The position numbers and the translations under genes were made by a program. From the sequence record OM319461.1: 64,000 bases of DNA; one strand, written 5' to 3'. Of the stretch, positions 9,520-18,400 are shown one piece after another; within the stretch, counting starts at the first letter, position 1, and every line of letters starts with the position of its first letter. A model generated the notes under the pieces. The model did not search any database. It was given only the letters and a program-made list of their open reading frames with translations, and was not told the DNA's origin.

Positions 9520-12336
9520 ATCGTCATGGTGCATCGCAGGTAGCAATAGACCAGTGGTTGACAGTACAGAGGTAGCGCCATCACGTTCAAAGTCGAATGA
9601 ACCATGCATGCCACGTTGGTTGCGGATCTTCGTATTAGGCGGAGCAAAGGTACGGATACCTACTTTACCCGAGTCAGGTGTATCTGCCGAGAAACGACCA
9701 ACATCTTCTTTGTGGAAAACACGAGAAGACTTAACCAGAGTTTCTGCCGCACGACCACCTTCACCAGATAGTGAAACCGCTTCTAGTTGTTTAAGAGTAT
9801 GAACAGGGTTTAGTTCTTTAACTAGCTGACAAGTACTGTCAGAAGTAACCGCTGTCCAGACGTCACGAGGGCCAACATAAACCGGATGTAATGAAGGGTT
9901 AGGTTTGTTACGTTGTTCACGTACTGCCTTAACCATTGCCGAATAAACGAATCCAGGGATACGCTCTAGTCGACGCTCGCGCATGAAGTTAGGGTCTGTT
10001 TCATCTGGGAACTCATCGTTGGTAACCAGCTCAGAACAACGAACATACAGATCAAGAATGTCTGTTGGTTCTTTCATCTCTTCCAATACTTCTTTTGTAA
10101 TTGGGTCGACGAAAAGTTCTTCGATTAAATCGATTTCGTTCAGATGGTAGTTACCAAGACCAAGTGACTTGAAGATTGGTGTGTACGAATCACGTTTGTT
10201 TAGGTCACCCGCATTGAAGCCTTTGAGGATATCGTCAGCCACAGTAAAGCCAGCAATGATGAATTCAGCTGTCTTATTAGGGAACGTAAAGTGATAGCGG
10301 TAATCAGCAAACGTAATAGTAAACTCATTGTCTTTTGCCGTAGAGCGAACGTTAGATGGTTCGTTGCGGTATTTTACATTTAGCTTACGCAGAAGCTTTG
10401 TAAAGGACATAGAGTACGCCAGAAGAATACCGATAGGTACACGCTTGCCTTTTAGGTTCTTAAGCTCTGAGAACTCCTGAGGACGTTTGCCCCATCCACC
10501 ACCAATCGCTTCCATGAAGTCACCAACCGGTTCAGACTTCTTAGGTTGATGTCGATGCACGACGTCATTCATGTCAATCGTGAATGCCCAGTCTTTGTTC
10601 TTACCGATTAGGACATGACCATTCTTTTCATATTTCTTGATTGCGCCCTCGCCAAAGAACTCATCGCGATGGACATATTCAAAGTAATACGTAATACCTT
10701 TTGACTTGAATTCAGAAATGGTTTGCATTACAGCGGTATAAGCACGTGGCAATTGAATCTTCTTCGGAATATGGTTCTCACCAAAGCGGATGTTTTGAAC
10801 ACGACTATCGTCTGAAAGCAAACCAGCAGAACGAATGTTCTTTTCAACCCAGGCCGAGTAGTTGTACTTAACTAACTCAGAGCGCTGAATGAATAGCTTA
10901 CCAAAGTAAGAAGTCAACGCCGCACGATGTGGATGTGTCTTACGAATCGGTACGTCCACCTTTTGGCTATCAAGTGCGTATCTCACTCCGTCGGCCTTGA
11001 ATGTACCGTCTTCGTTTACATTGAATAGCTCGATTGGTAAGGTAGTAGACTTACCATTAACCGGCAGTAGCTTAACCTTCAGAGTCATCGCGTCATTCAA
11101 TGCATCGATTTTGTCTTCTTTCTTGATGTCTTGAATCATTACACCAGCAGCAGAGAAATGCTGTAACATATTCAAGATGTCTGCTTCATAGAGACCTGAC
11201 TTAACATAGTCGGCATAAAGAGAGTTAGTCGATGCATTCAACGCATGTGATGGAACCGACAATGGGTTAACAGAGGAAACAAGACGCTCTTTAACCTTTG
11301 TCATTTCCGGAGTAATCTTCGATGCTTCTTCGATGGACTTAGAAGTATCAAAGGGATTAGGCAATTGCTTTGTTCGTTGTTGAACATTGATCATTGCACG
11401 TGCTTGACTAGGAGTCAGTTTACCTGCTTCTGCTAGTGAAGATACTTTGCGAATAAGGCTATTTGGAGTGCCAGGAAGAATCTGTTCCTCGCTTGTGATA
11501 TCCGGGCCACTTGTATCTTCATCTGCCAATGCGTCATTATCACCGCCAGGACGCGTAGCAAGTGTCTTCTCAAACATGTCATAGATCTTAGTGACTTGTG
11601 ACTCACCGCGCTCTATGAGTTGTTGTGCTGATAATACAACACTGTTACGACCTTCGGTAATAACAAACCAAACACGCTTAGGCTCAACCAGCTTTAATAC
11701 TTCGGCCTTGCCTAGCATTAAGTTACGTAGTTCACGTAGCCAAAAGTGACCTGACTCAGTGAAGTCATCCATTAAGTCACGCGGTAGTCCATCTTCAGCC
11801 TTTTTGAAGTTAGCTTCGGTAGGCAGGTTTGAAGGGAACTTGATTGGGATGATGTGGTTACGCAGATAGGTCTGGTCGTTGACTTGTGCAACAATAGCAG
11901 TTGTTAGGTTACGCCATTCGTCATAGAAACGACCAACTGAGTTAGTGTAACGGAACATACGAGTAAGTAGACTATAGTCCACAACGGCCAGTTCTCTTTC
12001 GCGGGCAATTGCGCGATCGACTGTGCCGAAGTATTGCATCCCGCGTTGACTAGCACGATAAGCTTTAATTAGACTGCTGGTATTCGAGTTGATTTTCGAG
12101 TAGTTACCAAACTTACCATAACCTTCGGTACTAAAGGCAATTCGTGCGCTGCCTTCTTCTTTTTGTAGTAGGGGATGACTACCACGAATACCGATATCTG
12201 CTTGAGAGTCACTGATGTGGTGAATCAAAGCACCCAGCGGCAACTCAATTTCCCATGCATCAATAAGTCTCGGTGTAGATAAAGAAGCGCTGAGTCGATG
12301 CTCATACTTCTTTACAAATGATTCTAGTTGTAACAT
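9520..12336 (-). CDS. Virion RNA polymerase beta subunit (phiKZ gp178-like), exon 1
   Basis: Beta motifs SLSGEGGR and DTPDSGKVGI. Ends LPAMHHDD; spliced product is about 1315 aa. Confidence 0.9.
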
Positions 12337-12344
12337 TTTAATTC

Positions 12345-12512
12345 CTATTCGTTACCAGTCATAAATGACAGCACCCATTCGGAAACGTCATCGAATGATT
12401 TAACGGTTAGACCACCATTAGGAGATAGATAGTTTTTCCAGCTTCCCATTAGTTCGTCTACTTCTTGTACAGAGTCACGACTCCACACGTAGTTACATGA
12501 CAACATGTCCCC
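12345..12512 (-). CDS. Virion RNA polymerase beta-prime catalytic subunit (phiKZ gp180-like), exon 2 (55 aa, not in ORF track)
   Basis: Hand translation GDMLSCNYVWSRDSVQEVDELMGSWKNYLSPNGGLTVKSFDDVSEWVLSFMTGNE* completes GADFD-GD. Confidence 0.9.
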   Translation of the reverse strand, partial: GDMLSCNYVWSRDSVQEVDELMGSWKNYLSPNGGLTVKSFDDVSEWVLSFMTGNE

Positions 12513-13906
12513 CAACATGTTAGTTCGACTATATCATCACTCTAACCTTACTCACTTCTTCAGTGCTAATTAGAGGCTCCGCACTTCGCCGCCTGTGATA
12601 GGACTTACGCTACTCTACTCACTGCCCGAAGGCGCTTTCGATAGTCTGTGAACACTGACCGTATCTTGTCATCTCGACAATACTTAGGCCCATAGCTGCT
12701 GATACCCACTCTTTTGGTCACTTAGTGCTATTAACACATATGACAATAGAAATATCTTTTCTGTCTTTAGACGACCGTTGCCGCATATCCTTTCGGATTC
12801 CGTTTTGGTTATTTCTATAGTGTGTGACGTCCCAGCAATTCACGGAGTTTTATTTCGACAGGGATTTTTAGTATGTAACTATAAAATTTTTGTATTTGCC
12901 AGTTTTGGCTATGGCGGTTTTTACATTCGTGGTGGACCTTGATTTCCCACCAGTAAAAACGTAAAAGGCATAGAGACTAGGAAACGTAAACTCATTACCC
13001 TTCTCATCAATTGCCTTGACTACTTTTTTGTTTGACCTATCTTCTTTGGCTACTCTTTCTGGCGTCCAAATTTCCCATTCGGTAATGTCTTTTTTGTACT
13101 TGACTGAAAACGAACCAATTGGAAACTGGTCTTTTTCGCGTAGTCTTTTTCGCAGTACAACAGACGAAACTTTTAACTCTCGCTGAGCAGCGGACACAGA
13201 TTTAAATTCTAAAATTTTTCCTGTGTTAATGTCTCTCGCTAAAACAGAGTCAAAAACTTTTTTCCGTGGTAGTTCTTTTGCCGTTACGTACTTGGTGTCT
13301 TTTAATGTTTCAAAATCTCTGGGATCACAAACATATTTAAAGACATATTTGCCTTCTGGATCAACGTGTCCGTATTTTAACCAAGTTCTAAACTTAGTCG
13401 GTGGCCATTTGAAGAAGAGTGCAGCACGAGTAAGAGATTCAAAAATAAACTCTCGACCGTCTTCAAGTGATTTTATTTGTATGTCGATGGCGTCCTTATT
13501 GAGATCGGTCAAAATCGCATGGATATTGTTTTCTCGTTTGGTGAGCCATTCCAAATTTACACTTCTTGGGTCGGTTTTATCGCCATTGATGTGATTAACA
13601 ACCATTTCCTCGTGATTGGGTGGTGGATTGTTATGTGTCAATGCAATGAGTCTATGCAAACGAACTATGGCATAACCGCGCTTGTCATGTTTTATGCGAA
13701 GCACAGGATAACCAGCGTCATTTACGTAGGTTTTTAGTAAATTTCCAGTAGTCTTATTTTTTATGACGCCATCGGCGTCAATAACATAGCCAGTGTAGTC
13801 TGGTATTTCTTTGGCATTCATTCTATATCTTTTAACTCTTTGTTATAAGTCCATGTGACTAGACTCAACTATAAAGTTGTTAATAGATATGCTCGTCCCA
13901 GGTTAA
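12513..13906 (-). mobile_element. Group I intron inside the catalytic DFDGD motif of vRNAP beta-prime, carrying an HNH endonuclease
   Basis: On the minus strand: P AAUUGCUGGGA (about 12830-12840), Q AUCAGCAGCUAUG, R GUUCACAGACUA (12642-12653), S GAUAUAGUC (12527-12535). 5' exon ends in U; terminal G at 12513. Confidence 0.93.
12868..13821 (-). CDS. Intron-encoded HNH homing endonuclease with NUMOD1-like repeats
   Basis: IPDYTGYVIDADG, LHRLIALT, VNHINGDKTDPRSVNLEWLTKREN and FESLTRAA / FKSVSAAQ repeats. Confidence 0.9.
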   Translation of the reverse strand: MNAKEIPDYTGYVIDADGVIKNKTTGNLLKTYVNDAGYPVLRIKHDKRGYAIVRLHRLIALTHNNPPPNHEEMVVNHINGDKTDPRSVNLEWLTKRENNIHAILTDLNKDAIDIQIKSLEDGREFIFESLTRAALFFKWPPTKFRTWLKYGHVDPEGKYVFKYVCDPRDFETLKDTKYVTAKELPRKKVFDSVLARDINTGKILEFKSVSAAQRELKVSSVVLRKRLREKDQFPIGSFSVKYKKDITEWEIWTPERVAKEDRSNKKVVKAIDEKGNEFTFPSLYAFYVFTGGKSRSTTNVKTAIAKTGKYKNFIVTY

Positions 13907-15382
13907 ATCGAAATCAGCACCTAGGCCGGAGAGGAACGATGGATGAACTGCCATTGATTCGTAGAACGACATGCCTGGTTTCGGATATTCCAAAACCTCG
14001 TTGTCAGTTTCTGCCCAATTGTCATCTAGTTGTTTTAGACGATACCCCGTGTTCGTGGACTTGATGTAGATTTCACTCGGGTAGTTTGAGCCAAGACCAG
14101 TTACAGGATATCGTGTATTGAACACACGAACGTTAGGCATGATCTCCGCACAATGAAGATAGAACATTTCTACCCATGTCATCGGAGATACGTTTTCTTT
14201 CGGATAGCCTTCAGGTAACTCATCAATAGAGTTCATAACCTTGAAGTACTTGTCATCGCGATAGATAAGTTTGAGATAGTAGCCGTCAACCATAATAGGT
14301 TTGTGACGAGACTTCGCATTCTTAAAGCCGTTGATCAATTTTTCACGGCCTTGCTTAGTGCCCCATTTATCGCGCTGTTTTGGCGATACCACAGTATCTT
14401 CTGCTTTCCATGTGTCCCGATTGATAAGACTAACCGTTTGGTCAATGTTTTCAATAAAGTCAGCAAGGAAGCCTTTAGGCAATTTGTTCAATGCAAGAAT
14501 TGGTTCCACACCTTTCATGAATTGGAACAAGCCGTTGATCGTTGTACTCAAATCAGGTTGTCGTACGTCACCCAAAAACTCAGAACCGGTTTCCATCGAA
14601 GTAAGTACGTTACGAGTAGTACCAAATACACGACGAGAACCAAACTTACCAGATAGGAAGCCTTTCTTACCTGCTAGGATATTGATGATGTATTCTGAGA
14701 TGCCGTTGATAGCAATCTGAACCGAACGGCGCGGGCCATCAAATAGTGGGCTGTTCTTGTCATCCAGTCCAACTGGAATGGCATTCGTTGCAGAGATAGC
14801 TTTTCGGTACAGAGGACCGATCTCTTCTTCTACTGGGCGACCAGACGCTTCGTCGAACTGGACGTCACGAAGACCAGCCGGTAAAACAGGAAGAAAGTCT
14901 ACTAGTGCTACCGAACGATACTCTTCGAGTACTTCGATGCGGAGCTGACGTTCTTTTGACTCGCCTTGTTTAAATTCGAGTTCATTGAAGTGACTCAAGA
15001 AAAAGCTAAAGCCAGTTTGACCATCTAGGATGCCTTCTTTAGAACGAACGAAATCTTTTTCTTTTTCGTCCCATACGGCATATTCGCGACCTAGGATAAT
15101 GTCAGTATAAAGAGACTTAAGGCGCTTAAGTTCTTTAAAGTAAATTGGGTTGAATACAGGAACTTTCAAGTCAATGTAACTACGACGTTTGTCGCGTTGT
15201 GGTGTTCCTTGTTGACCAAAGATCAAGGTGGAATATAAACCATCTTGTTGAAAGTCTGAGGACAAGTGATCCATCGTAGACAAAGAACGAACTGGTAGTA
15301 ATGTTTTCAGTCGTCCTCTGCTATTATCCAACAGAGATATGTTGAATGGGATCTGTCTCAGTTTAAGAGACGCTTTTGGCAT
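13907..15382 (-). CDS. Virion RNA polymerase beta-prime catalytic subunit (phiKZ gp180-like), exon 1
   Basis: GLYSTLIFG, GKKGFLSGKFGSRRVFGTTRNV, RYPVTG and GLGADFD. Start MPKAS at 15382 with GGAG SD. Confidence 0.92.
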
Positions 15383-15448
15383 TGGTATAACTCCTGGTTT
15401 TCGAAGCGGCCAAATCAAATAGACCGTACACAATTAAAGGGGAATGTC

Positions 15449-18400
15449 GTGAGCGAATTCAATCTCGATGATGACGACCTAGATATGGACGACTTGTGGG
15501 ACGACGATTTCGGAATCGATGATATCGATGAAGATAAGCGCCAACCCATCGAAGCATTGTTTGACGGTGCTTTAGAGTCTGTCCTTGATCGTGACATGCA
15601 AGCCGATGTGGCTCGCATCGTTCTAGAAAACTCTTTGCCTGAGGGCTATGGTACCGCACTTACTTCAGTTCGCAATTTGACAAGAGATGCAACATCTCTA
15701 TACAATGACACGAAGAAGCAACTGAAAGGTCCATTTGATGCAATTCGAAAAGACTTGGCTCAGATGGCAGAAGAAAGCAAAAAAGAAACCTTTATGGGTT
15801 TCAAGATGGATTCCATCGCTAGCTTTCTAAGACCAGAAGACGAAGAGACTCGTTCTAATTTAACATCCCAGAATCCGCAAGACAACGCAGTCGATGCGGT
15901 ACTCAATTCCATCTTTACTCGTGAAAACGAAAAGAAAGAACAAGATGCCAAGTTACTTGAAACCGAACTCGTAGCAGGTAGACAAAATACAAACGCAGTT
16001 GTGGCTGAACTGAATCGACTTACGTCTTTCCAAGACTCGATTCAATACAACTACATGCGTAAGTCATTAGAACTACAGCAACGTATGTTCTTCGGTCAAC
16101 AAGAGCTTGTGGCTACAACAAAGGCTTTTGCTGCGGATAGCGTATCAAGCAATAAAGCTTTAATTAAGAATACCTCTTTGCCAGACTTTGCAAAACAAAC
16201 TCTGATGGAAGGCTATTCTGAAGAAGCACAGAATCGAATCTTTGGCAAGGTATCTGAAAAGGCAACTGACTACTTCCGTAATTTCGGAGGTAGACTACAA
16301 GAGAATATTCAAAACCGCTTGAATGAACTCGTGGGCAATGTAGTTGAGTTTGCCGAGGCAATCAGTGAAGCTACCGGTGCTATGAGTGGCATGGGTGATG
16401 AAATCAACCCAATGGAACTCGTTGGCGGCATGGGCGTCTCCATGACTGCCGAATTTGCCGGCGAGGCACTGGGGGATAAATTCCGTCGTGTACTTAACAA
16501 GTATCCGAAGATTGCCAAGTATGGACAAGAACTCGCGTTCTATGCTGAAAACTATCCATCCGAACTTCAGGAAGCTCTTGATAATTGGGATGGTGGTTTC
16601 CCAGAGGAGGTTGTTGAGAAGTTCCCATTCTTAGGCCGCATTCGTTCAGAAGCAATGGCAGATGAACTACGTGCGCTTATTCCGCGAATGGACGATATCT
16701 CTCTGGGTATCAACAACAACCTAGCCGGAGATGGTGCAACAAAAGAACGCTACTTCGACGAAATAACTCGTAAGTCTATTATTGAAATCATTCCTGGGTT
16801 CCTTTCTCGAATCCTTGAACAAACAATGATCTTTAATAATGGGCCTGGTGTTGAACGCGTGGTTTACGATGTAAATACCGAGACGTTTACGACTGAGAGC
16901 GAGGCAGCTCAAACTGCTCTCAAAATGATTCAGGGATCAGCAGGCAAGACAAAACGCGAACAAGAGTTGGAAGTAATGAAGCTCTTGAACGGTGGTCGTC
17001 CTATGGATCCTAAGGTCATCGATAGTCTCATTGGTACGATCAAAGAGTTTCGTGAAGCAGGTAAGGAAATCAATGCCTTTAGCATTGTCGACCATTTCTA
17101 CGACACCGGCAATGACCGCATGGGTAAACGTATTGACCAAGCCTTAACAAGAGCTTCGGAAGATACTGATGGTCAGAATGATATCATTGATCGTCTAGCC
17201 GCTGGTCAGGATTCCGGCCTTCGTAAGACAATGATTGCCAAAGACGCACTGCGTCGAATCAATCCTCGTGCAGATGCTGTTTCGAAAGAAGCATTGAATG
17301 CACTAGAGCTTTGGTTTACTGACAATGCACTTGAGTCAACTCGTCCTAAGTTCGAAGAGATGGCGGATGCATTTGCACGCCGTGGTTTTGGACCAGAGAT
17401 TGCCGAAGAAATCCAGAAGGTAGTCGACAGCTCAGAAAACAACCAACGTGAAAACGATCGTATCATTGCCAAGGCAGCTCGTGAGACAGGTGATGTTTTC
17501 CACGATATGCAAAATCAAATCAATCGTCTGTACGCAGCTGGTGCGTCTGATACGCTGCAATCAACTGGGATCATTACACGCAACCAGAATTTGCGTGGAC
17601 GAAATGAGATTCGCGATGACCTCATGTTCGGTGAACAGAAAACACCAGAACGAATGGACAACCCATTCGAAGAGATGCAGTCTGCTGGACGTCGCCCGAC
17701 AACAGCACAGCGCAGTGAGATGGACTATACTCCGTCAGGTGCAGCTACTGCTTTCGATTTTTGGAAAATGTTTACTGTTGTCCGTGACAAGGTCGAGGGT
17801 GTCCCGGTTCATGTCGTAAGTCAATTTGGTCGCACTCAACCAGAAGTGGATACTGGTGCACCTGTTGCTCCGACTGATGATGGTTGGCGCAATAACATGT
17901 TTGGTATGGTTGAACGTGGCTTTGTCACACAGGCTGAATTACTGAACATGATTCTGCAAAAAGACCTTACTGTGGAAGTACAAGCACCAGAAGGACTGAT
18001 GAGTAAAATCATCGGTGGTGGTTCTGCTGTTACTTCTGCCGGCTTGAATTTATTGAGCAGCTACACAACTGGCGTTTATAAGATGACAGCGGCTGGTATT
18101 GGTGCAGGCGGTAATATCATTGGTGGTGGCTTAAATGCAATGGGTGGTGCTCTAGGTATTCTGGGTGATCGCTTTAGACCACGCGATATTTATGTCGCAG
18201 GTAGCACCACTCCAGTTATCAACATCGGTGACCTTAAAGCAGGTCGCTTTATCGATGAAAACTCCGGCAAGCCAGTACGCAGTATAAAGGACATTACCGG
18301 TCGAGTAATCGATGCAGATGGTAATGAAATCATTTCTGCCGAAGATGCGTCCAAGAACCTTTATGATCGCCAAGGCACTAAGTTGTCTGCATTAACAAAC

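Noticed and set aside
6950-15433. Naturally split or truncated RNAP genes, as implied by the ORF track
   Set aside because: The breaks are explained by group I introns with canonical cores and in-frame splice junctions.
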